From the NCBI RefSeq assembly GCF_006345805.1, contig NC_043001.1, positions 81,530,001 through 81,594,000 on the forward strand: a stretch of DNA of 64,000 nucleotides. Direction: 5' to 3'. The DNA is from Octopus sinensis (Eukaryota). The number at the start of each line of letters is the position of its first letter. The first letter of the stretch is position 1. A model generated the notes under the pieces. That model saw nothing but the letters and a program-made list of their open reading frames with translations, was not told the DNA's origin and ran no database searches. Of this stretch, positions 1 to 13,872 are shown piece by piece. Both the position numbers and the translations under genes were made by a program.

Positions 1-443
1 CCCAAGGTGCCACGCAGTGGGACTGAACCCGGAACCATGTGGTTGGTAAACAAGCTACTTACCACACAGCCACTCCTGCTCTGTGTAAGCATTCGATTTG
101 TTTGGGCACACTTACATTAAAAAACAATTTTAGAATGACTTTTTTCTGTCAAAACGCTAAAAGTAACTGACCAACAAAAAAAAGCAACCAAGATTCAACC
201 AAATCAAAATATAAACCCAAATACTAAGCGAACAAAGATGAACCATCCCACTTCCATTGCGCTCGCACACGCACACACACACACACACCACACACACACA
301 CACACACACATGCACATACATGCACATATCCCATAGCACATTATTCTGGACTGGTGTCTTTTATCATATTTGACTAATGTGAAACTGTTTACAAGCAAAC
401 GGTCGGTTTGGATGATGTGGCTGTAAAAACCTGCTCTCTCTCT

Positions 444-830
444 CTCTTTTACTTGTTTCGGTCATTTGACTGTGGCCATGCTGGAGCACCGCATTTAATC
501 AAGCAACTCGACCCCAAGACTTATTCTTTGTAAACCCAGTACTTATTCTATCAGTCTGTTTTGACGAACCGCTAAGTTACGGGGACATAAACACACCAGC
601 ATTGGTTGTCAAGCAATGCTAGAGGGACAAACACAGACACACAAACACACACACATACATATATATACATATATGCGACGAGCTTCTTTCAGTTTCTGTC
701 TACCAAATGCACTCACAAGGCTTTGGTCGGCCCGAGGCTATAGTAGAAGACACTTGCCCAAGGTGCCACGCAGTGGGACTGAACCCGGAACCATGTGGTT
801 GGTAAACAAGCTACTTACCACACAGCCACT
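444..830 (-). mobile_element. tRNA-derived SINE (octopus OR-type, CORE-like), near full length
   Basis: tRNA-like head with GGTTCAGTCCC B box, CCTTGGGCAAG core, TA/TG microsatellite, conserved tail; other copies at 10878-11275, 41282-41510 and 53527-53900. Confidence 0.8.
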
Positions 831-1022
831 CCTGCTCTGTGTAAGCATTCGATTTGTTTGGGCACACTTACATTAAAAAACAATTTTAGAATGACTTTTT
901 TCTGTCAAAACGCTAAAAGTAACTGACCAACAAAAAAAAGCAACCAAGATTCAACCAAATCAAAATATAAACCCAAATACTAAGCGAACAAAGATGAACC
1001 ATCCCACTTCCATTGCGCTCGC

Positions 1023-1066
<44 letters not shown>

Positions 1067-1593
1067 TCACACTGAGTTAAAACGCTGTTGATAACTATTC
1101 ATATCCAGTACTGCTGCCGTAATCTCCTTTAGAGAGAATTAGAAATAATGATATTTCTATGTTTGAAAACCAGCGGATGTATTCCACTGAATTTAGGTAA
1201 ATAATCCTTCGAACATTCGGTCAGCAGCGATGCCTGCTTGGTCCAGCTACTCCACATTGATAAGAGGCAAACACCTCAAAACTAGTCTTTGGATGCCAGA
1301 CCAGCAAGGGGAAGCTGCTGACCTCCCCTGTTCAAAGATTATAATGGATACAGGTTTGTGTGTCACATAGCTAGCTAGAGGTGATTGCCTCTTGGAGCTA
1401 ATCAACGGCAGCATTCGTCCTATTTTTCAGGACTGCCATGTTAGCTTGGCAATAACTATTAATATCCAGTACCACTGCTGTAGTCTCCTTTAGAGAGAAT
1501 TATAAATAATGATATTTCCACAATATCTATTTCAATACACAGTTTCACATCAGGAATTTTGCAAAACCAATTCATAAATATATATATATATAT

Positions 1594-1724
1594 AAAGTAA
1601 ACAGAAAATGGAGAAATATTGATCAGCAACAATTGACTTACATCAATTATTACTTATTATAAAAGTAATAATTAATGTAAGTCAATTGTTGTTGATCAAT
1701 ATTTCTCCATTTTCTGTTTACTTT
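1594..1724. repeat. 131-bp foldback (62-bp arms), probable MITE
   Basis: Arms 1594-1655 and 1663-1724 are reverse complements with 2 mismatches. Confidence 0.8.
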
Positions 1725-1769
1725 AAATTTGATTCCTGATAAACTCATGTTTATCTTTGTCACTACCTG

Positions 1770-2096
1770 TAACCTACGAGCATAATATACTTGCATATGT
1801 ATGTCCAGGGTTAACAGGTAATTACACCAGTGTGTATGGAGGGGAGAAAATCAGGTGTAGAGTTGGTGAATCTCAGAAAGCATGGAAGTTTCGAAGGATG
1901 CAGTGCTCCGACAACTAACAATTGATGCCGGCAGTTTGTTCCATGCTTCAGCAACTCTCAGCATGAAAAAATGTTTCCTAAAGTCATGGGAGCTGTGCTG
2001 TTTTCTGACTTTGTAAATATGTCCACGGGTGTTAGATGGGTGGAGTTTGAAAAGGTGCTCAGAGTTATTTATTGGAATGTTCTGCCAGTAATCCAA
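1770..2096 (-). mobile_element. CR1/L2-group LINE 3' fragment
   Basis: NTRGHIYKV...HFFMLRVAEAWNKLP, typical ORF2 C-terminus. Confidence 0.75.
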
Positions 2097-2409
2097 GATT
2101 TTTAAAGGTGTGTGTGTGTGTGTGTAAGAGTGAGTGACAGGGAAAGAGAGTGGGGGAGAGAATATGAGTAAAATGTAAGTTTAATATGGTTTGAAGGAGC
2201 TGCAATCATGCTGTAACATCTCTATAGATACATATTTCTATGTGCACGTGTGTGTGTGTGTGTGTTCCTATGTGTATGTCTATGTACATGTATGATTAAA
2301 TTCGCATTGACTGGAAATTAAACTTTTGTCTGACTATTTATTTAATTACTCTGGCAATTAAATTTCTTTCAAACCTGGGCATGGACACATTGAAACTCTG
2401 ACGTCTGGC

Positions 2410-2830
2410 AGCTGACTTGGCAGACACCCATAAAATTATTAACCATCTTACAAACAATAACTCTGAGCACCTTTTCAAACTACACCTGTCTAACACCCAT
2501 GAACATGTTTACAAAGTCAAAAAACAGCACAGCTCCCATGACTTTCGGAAACATTTTTTCACACTAAGAGTTGCTGAAGCATGGAACAAACTGCCGGCAT
2601 CAGTTGTTAGTTGTCGGAGCACTGCATCCTTCAAAACTTCCATGCTTCCTGAGATTCGCCAACACTACACCTGATTTTCTCCCCTCCATACACACGCAAG
2701 CATGTATCTGACTCATACACTGTTCACTTCCCAAACATTTGTACATTACTGCATATGCTTTATACGCACTTTTTGACAAGTTGTGGTGCACCTGAGCACT
2801 GTATACAATAATTTCATTATTATTATTATT
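2410..2830 (+). mobile_element. CR1/L2-group LINE 3' fragment with (TTA)n tail
   Basis: Same family as 1770-2096, opposite strand. Confidence 0.75.
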
Positions 2831-4499
2831 TTATTATTTTAAAAGTGGAAGGACATATTAGATAATGATAGTTCAAGATACACTGCGTATAAGAATTTTC
2901 AAAACGAAATGATGTGTCACAGCTGAAATATGATCTGCTTGATGGTAGGATCTCTGGATCACGACTCATCTGGATCTAAATAACAATAGTTATGCAGTAT
3001 ATCAATGTGATATTTCTTCTTTTAAACAGTGAAATCCTTCAACTATTTCTGGTATTTCGAGCAATGCTGCAAAGCAGTTTATTCGTTTGCGCGTTCATAC
3101 CGAGTGAATTGTTGTTTTGTTTTCTTTTTTTCTTTTTTCTTTCTCTCTTTTTTTTCTTTTTAATTTTTTCAATTATGTTCTCTGTTTTGTTCAGTTTTCT
3201 AGTTTGATTTTGTAAAAAGGAGTTATTTCCCTTGATGATAAAGGTAGGTAACTTGGTTATCTACGATCGCAAGTTTAACTTCTGTTAAAAAACATTACTT
3301 TTGAGAACTTTTACAATCGAGAAGATTGGTTTAGTATATTTCTGGTGCTTGTAAAATAAATACTAGGGATCAAGGACATGATTCGAACTCAGAAATAGAA
3401 AGTAAACAAAATTTGATAAAGCACTGACGTTTCAGAAGAATGTGGTACAATGTCGAAGAAATCAGCATCGTTATCGCTATTGCCTTAACATCCATTTTCA
3501 CATGGCAAAATTTGCTGAAGCAGATTTTCTGCGGCTGGATGTCCTTCCTGTCACCAACCCTTACTTGTTTCCAAGTAACGTCATATCCACCACAGCCCCT
3601 TCTATAGCCGGACATCTTTTCAAAGAAGATTGATAACAAAGGACACCGTCTTGTTTTTTACGATTATCTCACCAATCCTTGACAAAGAAACGTCTCGTCT
3701 TGTATAAATACGAGAAACTAGTTCTTAAACTCATTTGTACCTTTATCTTCTGAGTTCAAATCTATTCGGCGGATATCAGCAATAGGTAGCACACACAAGT
3801 TGAATCTCCGTTTTGACGGGGATTTTTCAAATTTTTTTTGGGGGGGGGGGGAATGATGGGGAGCAAAAAATACGGCAATAGTAAGAAAAAGAAATTCACG
3901 TCTTTTGTTTTTGCTTGAGTGTAATAATGGGGGTGGACATCATTTTTCAGTTTTTTTTCTCCAAAAGATGCTTCCCATCATTTCCAAGGGTACCATGTTT
4001 AAAAAAATATCTGAAAAATCCTCATCAAAACGAAGAAATTTCAACTTGCATGTGCTACCCATTGCTGACGTCTACCCTGTTTTCATCATTTAAACTGTTT
4101 ATTCCTCCAAGATAAATAAAATACCAGTGAGATGCTGAAGTTAATTCACTTGACCACTTCACTTCCTTAATAAATTACTAGAAATTAAATCCAACATTTC
4201 ATTGAGAAAAGAAATGTGTTAGGAATAGAACCTAGCACTTTATAAGGAATGGAAGCGTTTTAGGAATGAAATCTAATGCTTTATTAGGATTGGAACAAAA
4301 TATTTTATTAACCCTTGTGTTACAATATTTCTATTGAAATACACTACCCTTTCAAAGTATTCTATCTTCTTTTTCATTGCTCTGTTTCTGACCCATATAG
4401 GACAGTTAGAATACGACAGTCTACCAGTCTCAGTTTTAGATGCAATATTATGTTTTCTGAGGTGAAGATCTTTTCTCATTCTTAAAAATGTTTTAAGCC

Positions 4500-5830
4500 T
4501 TGTGAAGGTTGGGTGAATAGTTCATAGGCTACCCAAGATAATCCCAGGGTATGTGACCAAATGAGGTTTCGTTTTCAACATTATACCCCTTACAAGCCAC
4601 ACACTTCTTCCATTGGTGTTGCAGTGCTTGAATCCAGTTGGTGAAGAAGCATACATCCTCTTGGTCAAAAACAGTCATCAACAGCAGATATGACATCATC
4701 ATCATCATTGCAATATTGGTTCCCAGACAAGTGTCTTTCCATATTGCAGAACAGATGATAATCTGATGGGGCCAAATCAGAAGAATAGGGAGGGTGATAA
4801 ACCAGTTCAAAGTTACAGTCACACACAGCAACCATTGAAACCAAGGACTAGTGTGCTGGAACATTGTCCTGATGAAACAAAACCCCTTCTTATTTCTTTA
4901 TTGCCCACAATGGGCTAAACATAGAGGGGACAAACAAGGACAGACAAAGGGATTAAGTCAATTACATTGACCCCAGTACATAACTGGTACTTATCGACCC
5001 TGAAAGGATAAAAGGAAAAGCCAACCTTGGCGGAATTTGAACTCAGAACGTAACCGCAGACGAAATACCGCGAAGCATTTCGCCCAGCATGCTAACATTT
5101 TTGCCAGCTTGCCGCCTTTAACAAAGCCCCTTCTGTCAGTTTCCCTGGGCATTTGGTCTTGGTAGCCTTTTGTAAATGCATCAACAGGTTGGCATAGTAC
5201 TCTCTGTTGATCATGTGGCCCTTTGAAGATGATCAATAAACACAACGCTTTTTGCATCCAAAAACCTGAAGCCATCACCTTCCCTGCAGATGAAATGACC
5301 TTGGCCTTCTTTGAAGCTGGTGAGAACAGCTATTTCCACTCCATGGATTGTTTCTTTGTCTCTGGCTCAAAAGTGATGAAGCCAACCCTACTCATCTTGG
5401 CTTAGGAAACATTCAAGAAAACCAGCTGAATCTACCTCAAACACTGTCAGATTTTCCCATGATGTGATCAGCCTGCTGCACTTTTGATCAGCTGTCAGAA
5501 GACATGGCGCCCACTGAGTAGAAACCTTCATCATGCCAAGTTCATATTCTGAAATCACTCGCAATGCTAACAACATTGACTATTTGATTTATAAAGAGTC
5601 AAATGTCATCCATCACCATGTGGTAAACACTATCAGTATTTTCCTTGATGGTGGCAGTTGCATGTCTACTAGATGCTGGGTCATTTTCAAGACTTTCTGT
5701 TCCCCTCCTAAATTCAGCTGCCCACTTTTACACTGTTGATAAAGCTGAAGCATCATCCCCCGAATGTAGCAACCATATCAGCATGAATGTCCTTGAGGGG
5801 TTTAAACCCTTTTTCTGCAAGTACTTGATA
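4500..5830 (-). mobile_element. Degenerate mariner transposon interrupted by a SINE at ~4890-5110
   Basis: Fragments ELGMMKVSTQWAPCLLT, KVMASGFW and IQALQHQWKKCV resemble a mariner transposase. Confidence 0.75.
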
Positions 5831-6295
5831 ACACCATGATGCCAAATTTTGCTTCTTTATTTTTTCTAGTATGACTGTTGGGAATATTTTAAGAGCGTGA
5901 AACATGAGACTGAAAATCCTGATATCAGAGAACTCATTGATTTAGGATTTTTTGCAGCAGGATGATAAATACTGATGTTTTAAAGTCTTTAAGGAGGTTC
6001 TCTAGAGTCATAGATGCCTTTGGAAAGGCCTGTGAGATTCTCATACCATCATCTTCTCATGCTTCTAACATCTTACATGTTATAGCTAGCCCAGGGGTTT
6101 TACTTTTCTCATCTTCTTGATGTTATGTTCCACCTCAGACTTGAAAATCTTTGGTCTGAATATTCAGGTTGGATGGTGAGGTCGTTTTAGATCTTTCATC
6201 TTTTAATAGGTTTCCCATGAGCTCTGTCCATATTTTCATGATCTCCTCTTTTACAAAAAGCAGGTTTCCTTCTTTGCTTTTAATACATACCCATC
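5830..6295 (-). mobile_element. RTE-clade LINE ORF2 fragment
   Basis: CIKSKEGNLLFVKEEIMKIWTE-like translation with frameshifts. Confidence 0.6.
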
Positions 6296-6660
6296 TTTGG
6301 ATATTTTTATTTCACTATCTGTCAACTCTTTGATATTTATACATTTTATTGTGGTTTATTTTTTTGTTTGTGTGAAGTTTCTTGATTTCAACATATTTTT
6401 CTTTCATTCCTATGTTTCCTTCATTCATTATTCTAGTCATGTACATTTCTGTATTCAGGAAACCATAACCAAGAGTTTACTCCACATGGTTCTGGGTTCA
6501 GTCCCACTAAGTGGCACCTTGGAAAAGTGTCTTCTACTATAACCTTGGGTCAACTAAAACCTTGTGAGTAGATTTGGTAGACGGAAACTGAAAGAAGCCT
6601 GTCGTATATCATCATCATCATCATCATCATCGTTTAGCATCCGTTTTCATATATATATAT

Positions 6661-7030
6661 ACTAGCAGTATCGCCCGGCGTTGCTCGGGTTTGTAAGGGA
6701 AATAACTATAAAGCATTTTTAGAGAGTTATAGCCAAAAAATGGGAAAAAAATGATGGTAAATTTTTTTTTAGTTAAAAAGGTCGAGTTGCGTCCCCTAGA
6801 CAGTCTGTGGTTTGTGTTTCTGATTCTCGACCCCATGTCGAATTTATCGATTTTTTTCAGAACTGGGGGAACTTTTCAAAATTTTCACTGCGTTAGTTTT
6901 GAATTATGACATTGGGCTATGTGTGTGTCAAGTTTCATCAGAATCGGTTGAAAGCCGTGGTCAGGGTGAGGGTACAACCTAACAGACACACAGAAACACA
7001 CACAGACAAACTGCTGTTTATATATAGAGA
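6661..7030 (+). mobile_element. Helitron/Helentron-like non-autonomous element nested in a SINE
   Basis: ACTAGC... start with subterminal CCCGGCGTTGCTCGGG hairpin, internal ACAG/AC microsatellite, TATATAG end. Confidence 0.55.
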
Positions 7031-7034
7031 GATA

Positions 7035-7336
7035 TCACGTGATCATGTGACTGACCAGGCTATCAGATGTTGCTACACATCGCTGGTCACAATGCACTTC
7101 GCATTGTTTTAGCCTTCAAATGACGCCACCCCGCTGGCTAAGCAAGCAGGCCAACAGAAGAAAGAGTGAGAGAAAGTTGTGGTGAAAGAGTACAGCAGGG
7201 ATCACCACCACCCCCTGCTGGAGCCTCATGGAGAATTTAGGTGTTTTCACTCAATAAACACTCACAACGCCCAGTCTGGGAACCACGATCTTACGACTGC
7301 AAGTCCGCTGCCCTAACCACTGGGCCATTGTGCCTC

Positions 7337-7340
<4 letters not shown>
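7035..7340 (-). mobile_element. tRNA-derived SINE, second family
   Basis: Head GGCACAATGGCCCAGTGGTTAGGGCAGCGGAC with A-box-like motif. Confidence 0.65.
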
Positions 7341-7370
<30 letters not shown>

Positions 7371-7699
7371 CATATATATATATATGTATATGTGTGTTTG
7401 TGTGTGTGTGTGTATGTTTGTGTCTGTGTTTATCACCCCACCATCATTGACAGCTGATGCTTGTGTGTTTATGTCCCCGTAACTTAGCAGTTTGACAAAA
7501 GAGACCAATAGAATAAGTACTAGGCTTACAAAGAATAAGTCCTAGGTTCGATTTGCTCAACTAAAGGCAGTGCTCCAACATGGCTGCAGTCAAATGACTG
7601 AAACAAGTAAAAGAATAAAAGAAAAAATATATATATATTATTTTATTATTAATAATATTACTATTTAGATTTATAACTAACGTTTGTCGATTGTATTTA

Positions 7700-8408
7700 A
7701 CTCTCAATTTCATTAGTTATGGAACTTACAGGTAAGATAGAACCGCTATTTTGGAATTCATCTTTGAAGAATATTCCTGTACCATCTAGAAAAGAATATA
7801 TTTTGGAACTTGTTAATAATGTAAAAAGTTTTATTAATAGGATTAAATGGAAAGCCTACTATAATAATTGTAACATATCTAATATTAATGATGTAGAGAA
7901 TACTAATCATATCAATACACAATTTAAATCTAGAAAGGAACCCCATATAATAGGGATATACAGGTTTTAGAGGATAATATTTGAAAGGTGGTGAAAAATA
8001 TTAAATTTCATAAATACTCAAATAGGCACAATGAATATTTAAGAAATCTAGCTATTAGAATAAAAGAAATGCTAAATACGGAAGGAATTATAGCACAATC
8101 AGATAAAACTAGGAACCTGTATAAACTAGATGTTAAACTATATGATAATTTATTAGAGAAAGAAATTAATTAAAAAAATATAAAATTGTTCCTAAAAATA
8201 CTCTTTATAATATAAATAAGGCCTCTAAATTAATCATAATGAAATATGAGTTAGATAATAAAACTGAACCTTATGTAGCTATGCACCCTAGAATTACTTT
8301 AAAAGACCATAAAGATAATTTTTATTCTGGCCCAAAAGTTAGACTTATTTGTCCATGTAACTCAGATCTAAGGAAATTACATAAAATTATTTTAGATATA
8401 TTAATAGT
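7700..8408 (+). mobile_element. Penelope-like element, fragment of the RT-upstream region
   Basis: SLKNIPVPSRKEY, RIKWKAY, SDKTRNLYKL and LKDHKDNF...PKVRLI across broken ORFs. Confidence 0.7.
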
Positions 8409-9580
8409 AAGGCAGTGGGCTGGGAGAAATGTTAGTATGCCGGACAAAGTATTTAGTGGCATTTTGTCCATCTTTATGTTCTGAGTTCAAATTCTGCTGC
8501 GGTTTATTTTACCTGTGGTCGATTTTAGTGTTACATAACTGGCACCTGTGCAGGTGGCACACAAAAAGCACCTTTTGGGCGTTGGACCTCATGGAGGCAA
8601 AGTAACCAATGCTGGTGGCATGTGAAAAAGCATCTTTCAAGTGTTGTCCCTCATGGAGGCTATGATGAATGACTGAGCCCTTTGGCATTATGCAATGTTT
8701 GAGAAGACCCACCAAGCCAAGTAAAATTGTAGTCGTGGCAGATACTGGTGTCATGCAAATGGCCCCGGTACCAGTGACATGCAAAAGTACTCATTACACT
8801 CTGGGAGTGGTTGGCTTTAGGAATTGCACCCAGCTGTAGAAACCATGCCAAATCAGACTGGAGTCTGATGCAGCTTCCAGCCTACCAGCCCTGATCAAAC
8901 TGTCCAACCCATGCCAGCATGGACAACAGATGTTAAATGATGGTGATGATGATGATGATTAACCACTGGGGTCAGTGTAATTGACTTACCCTCTTTCCCA
9001 TAATTCCTGGCATTGTTCCAAATTTTGAAATTGTTTTTTATAGTACCAATGCAATTTCTGAAAAGCCAGATTTACTAGTTTCCAGTAGGCTCTCAAATTT
9101 GGTAAAATTTGGTAAAAGCAATGTTATTTTATCACTGTTGACATCAGGAAAGCTTTTATCCATATCTGGATGTAAATCTTCAATAAAAACTGTCTGCCTT
9201 ATGATCTTTTTAGCTTCCCATCAGATCATGTCTATGTAAATCATGAAAAAATATTTATAAGCACATGAAAAAGGTTGATAAAAAAAATTCATTGGTATAA
9301 CTTGAGATTTGTACCCTGACCCGGAATTTGTTTCCTCTAAACTTTCATTAAAATGCATATTTTTTAATGGAATTTTACAAAGATAGGCTTATGATTATTT
9401 TGATGAAATTTAAGAAAAAAAAGCACTGTGGAAGAGTTTCAGCTCTTTTTCCTTTCCTCTGCTTAGAACTATGTCACCACTAATTTTCATGATCTTAGTA
9501 AATTTTTCCTTTTTTTTTCTAGAAAAATAACCATAATTGAAATCTACATCCTCAAAAATGCATTTCTGCCAAATGCTATA

Positions 9581-11084
9581 CAGGGGTTGGACAAAATAAC
9601 GGAAACACCTTAAAATTTCAAACAAATTTATTTTAATATGGGGTAGCATTTGGCAGAAATGCATTTTTGAGGATGTAGATTTCAATTATGGTTATTTTTC
9701 TAGAAAAAAAAAAGGAAAAATTTACTAAGATCATGAAAATTAGTGGTGACATAGTTCTAAGCAGAGGAAAGGAAAAAGAGCTGAAACTCTTTGGCAGTAA
9801 TTACAGCTTGAATTCTATGAGGTATGGACTCGTATAAAGTTTGAATTGTTTCCAAAGGAATTTTTGTCCATTCTTCAGCTAAAACAGTCTCCAGTTCCTG
9901 TAGTGATGATGGTGGAGGATATCGACCCCTTACTTGTTTTTCTAAAATGCACCATAAACGTTCAATAATATTGAGATCTGGGGACTGTGGTGGCCAGATA
10001 AGATGTTCAACTTCACTAGAATGTTCCTCATGCCATGCCATTCAGTAACAACTTTAGCTGTGTGAATTGGTGCATTATCATCCTGAAAGACTACATTTCC
10101 CTCTGGAAACAGTACCACAACCATAGGATGAACCTGATCAGATAAAATGCTTAAATTGTCTTGACTATTAATTCTGCCATGAAGAGAAACCATTGAGTCA
10201 ACAAATCTCCAAGATATAGCCCCACCCCAGATTATCACAGATCTTCCTCCATGTTTAACAATTGGAAGAAGGCAATCTAGGTCAAATGCTTCTTTTGGCT
10301 GTCACCACACATGTACTCGGCCGGTGGTTGGAAATGAGGTAAAGGATGACTTGTCCAAGAAAATAACATTCTTCCACTGCTCTAGAGATCAATTCTGTAG
10401 GTTTTTACTCCACTCTAAGTACTTTGCAACATTTGTTTTTTAAAGTAGTGGTTTTCTGATTGCAGCCCTCCCATGAAATCGGGCTCTGTGCAGCTCCCGG
10501 CAAACAGTTTTTGTACAAACTGGGTTCTTGAGATGGTCGTTAAGCTCTGCAGTAATTTTGGGAGCTGTACTTTTGTGATCCTTAAGAGTCCGATGGTCCC
10601 TATCTGAAAGTTTTGGTTTTCTTCTGAAGTTTTGTTTCAACGAGGAGGTTTTTTCCCCCTTTCTCAAAGGTTGTCATTACCTTTGAGAGAGTACTTGATG
10701 CACCAAACATTTCAGCTGTTTTCATAACGCTAGCGCCTGCCATACGAACACCAACAATTTGACCTCTTTGAAAGTCCAATAGATCTGTCATTTTAATGAA
10801 TTTTAATTACCTTTTTCTGATGATATCTGAAAAGAAACAACAATTTTAGCAAAACATATTAAGCAACACTAATAATACTCTTTTACTTGTTTCAGTCATT
10901 TGACTGTGGCCATGCTGGAGCACCGCCTTTAGTCGAGCAAATTGACCCTGGGACTTATTCTTTGTAAGCCCAGTACTTATTCTATCGGTCTCTTTTGCCG
11001 AACCGCTAAGTGACAGGGACGTAAACACACCAGCATCGGTTGTCAAGCAATGCTAGAGGGACAAACACAGACACACAAACACAT

Positions 11085-11125
<41 letters not shown>

Positions 11126-11356
11126 TATGACAGGCTTCTTTCAGTTTCCGTCTACCAAATCCACTCACAAGGCTTTGGTCGGCCCGAGGCTATAGCAGAA
11201 GACACTTGCCCAAGATGCCACGCAGTGTGACTGAACCCGGAACCATGTGGTTGGTTAGCAAGCTATTTACCACACATAAAAATAAACAAGCTTTTGATGG
11301 TTTTATAGATATTTCAAAATTATGCAGGGTGTTTCCATTATTTTGTACAAGTCCTG
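9581..11356 (-). mobile_element. Tc1-like transposon, degenerate, with a SINE insertion
   Basis: 29-bp TIRs at 9581-9609 and 11328-11356 (4 mismatches); DLLDFQRGQIVG HTH and WPPQSPDLNIIE motif. Confidence 0.9.
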
Positions 11357-11879
11357 TTGATGTCTAAAGATATTCTTTTCAAAGGGAGTCATACAGAAAC
11401 AAATTCATTCTGATCATTCAAGTGAGAATGATTAGAAAATGAAAAAAAAACAAAAAAAAATGTTTAATTTCATTTATATTATGGCATAGCAGTCACAGGT
11501 TTGATTGTGTGGTAAGAACTCAAAACCATGTGGTTTCCCAACCACAAGGTTTTGAGTTCGTTATACAATAGCCTTGGGCCAACCAAAGCCTTGTGAGTGG
11601 ATTTAGTAGATAGCAACTGAAAGAAGCCCATCATATGTGTATGTGTGTGTTTGTCCTCATCAGTGCTTGACAACTGGTGTTGATTTGTGTATGTCCCCAT
11701 AATTTAGTTGTTCAGAAAAATAGACTGACAGAATAAGTACCAGGCTTATAATAAAAGTACTGGATTTGATTCATTCAACTAAAAATTCTTCAAGGGAGTG
11801 CCCCAGCATGGTCGCAGTCAAATGGTTGAAAAAGATACATGATAGAAGAAAAGAGATAATTGTATTCTATCCTTGAAAA

Positions 11880-13560
11880 CGAACCTTTGCAAAAATTTCA
11901 TCAGAATCAGCGATGATTGATTACATCAATATAAAGGAAGACGCTGTAATAAAGGCTATAGATGAAATGAAAACAAACTCAGCTACTGGCCCCGATGGAT
12001 TCCCAGCAATCCTTCTAAAAGTATGTAAGAGAGTCCTAGCAAGACCACTGCAGTTCCTCTTTCAGAGCTTCCTTGCAACTGGCAAACTTCCAAGAAAACT
12101 GAAGGAAGGTAAAATATGCCCTATTCATAAAGGAGGTAGCAGAGTGGAGGCCAAGAACTACAGACCTATTTCTCTGACCTCACACATCAGCAAGGTCATG
12201 GAACAAATAGTCAGAAGGAAACTAATCACCTTCCTTGAAGAAAATGACTTGCTGCCTGACACCCAACATGGTTTCTGACCAGGATGAAGCTGCCTAACTC
12301 AGCTCCTACAACACTATGATTGTGTGCTGAAATGACTGCTCAACCACTCAAATGTGGAAGTCATATATCTCGACTTTGCAAAGGCCTTTGATAAAGTCGA
12401 TCATGGAATGATATGTCACAAACTGCGTGATCTTGGCATAGTTGGAAAATTGGGAGAATGGCTTCATGACTTTCTGAAGGATAGCAGCCAGGTGGTAGTA
12501 GCCTATGGGGCCACTTCCATTAACATGCAAATAGTGAGCAGTGTTCCGCAAGGCACTGTTTTGGGACCACTACTGTTCATAATGGCCCTCTCAGACATGC
12601 CCTCAGCCACGCAGAGAGCCACGATTACAAGTTATGCAGATGATACAAAAGTTTCACAGGCAATACAGAACCCTGAAGACACTATGCACCTGCAATGTGT
12701 GCTGGACAAAATATACAAGTGGGCTGAAAAGAATAGCATGCAGTTCAATCAGCATGCAAAACTAAATGCAATACCCAATAAATACACTGGACCTGGAGGG
12801 ATTGCAAGTGCGAGACCTGGGTATTTACATGAGTGATGATGCAACCTTTCATGTGCATGTTGCTAAATTGGCAATGAAATGTAGGCAGCTGACTGGATGG
12901 ATTCTTAGAACCTTTAGAACAAGAGACCAGGAAACCATGATGGTCCTCTGGAGGACACTTGTGTTGAGCCACTTTGACTATTGCTCTCAGCTATGGTCAC
13001 CATCCAGTGTCAAATTAATCACAGAACTTGAGGCAATCCAACAAAGCTACACAAAGAAGATAGCCTCTGTTCAGCATATAAGCTACTGGGAAAGACTCAA
13101 GAGATTAAGACTCTATTCCTTAGAGCGTAGGCGAGAAAGATATGCCATAATATACATCTGGAAGATCCTAGAAGGACTTGTCCCAAACTTTGGCATCGAG
13201 AGTTACAGAAATGCTAGAACTGGGCACCACTGCATAGTGCCAAGGACTCCAAATTTGCCATCAAGATGTAGGACAAGATACTTGTGATAGCCTAGGCTTC
13301 AGAGACCCACAGCTCTTCAATATCCTCCCGGAGGATCTGAGAGACCTGCATGGGGTTGATGCAGATGTCTTTAAAATAAAACTGGATCTCTTCCTGTCAG
13401 GTGTCCCAGATGAACCAACTTCATGGCAGGAGGTGCAAATGAGGGCAGCTGCATCGAACTCTCTCATGCACCAAATGGCAATTGTTAAAAAGCATTCGTG
13501 AAGTAAAATCATGTAGCAACACCAAATGGCGGTGCCCCAGCTCGTGAGCTGAAACTAGAT
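11880..13560 (+). mobile_element. 5'-truncated CR1/L2-group LINE ORF2 (reverse transcriptase), inactivated
   Basis: YRPISLTS, YLDFAKAFDKVDH, VPQGTVLGPLLF and YADDTK motifs; stops and frameshifts. Confidence 0.9.
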
Positions 13561-13617
13561 AAAATAAATAAACTAATATGCATATACAAAATTTATGAGG
13601 AAACAAATTCGAGACAA

Positions 13618-13872
13618 TACAGTTCTATAATTAAGAGATGAGGAATTATGTACATTATTTACAATTGACGTATATTTGTCCTCATCTTGTTTGTTGTTAA
13701 CACAATGTTTCGGCTGATATACCCTCCAGCTTTCATCAATGTCTTGGGGAAATTTCGAACCTGGGTTCTCATTCCCCAAGACATCTGATGAAGGCTGGAG
13801 GGTATATCAGCCGAAACGTTGTGTTAACAAAAAACAAAATGAGGACAAATATCCGTCAAATGTAAATAATGT
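13618..13872. mobile_element. Penelope-related non-autonomous foldback insertion
   Basis: ~100-bp inverted arms; flanking direct repeat AAATTCGAGACAA at 13605-13617 and 13873-13885. Confidence 0.65.
13780..13825 (+). ncRNA. Minimal type I hammerhead ribozyme motif, Penelope type
   Basis: GACAT-CTGATGA-A-GGCTG...CAGCC-GAAAC-GTT-GTGTT: core boxes, stem II, palindromic AACGTT stem III, 5-bp stem I. Confidence 0.65.

Noticed and set aside
760-830. tRNA-like A and B boxes
   Set aside because: These are SINE heads with no complete cloverleaf
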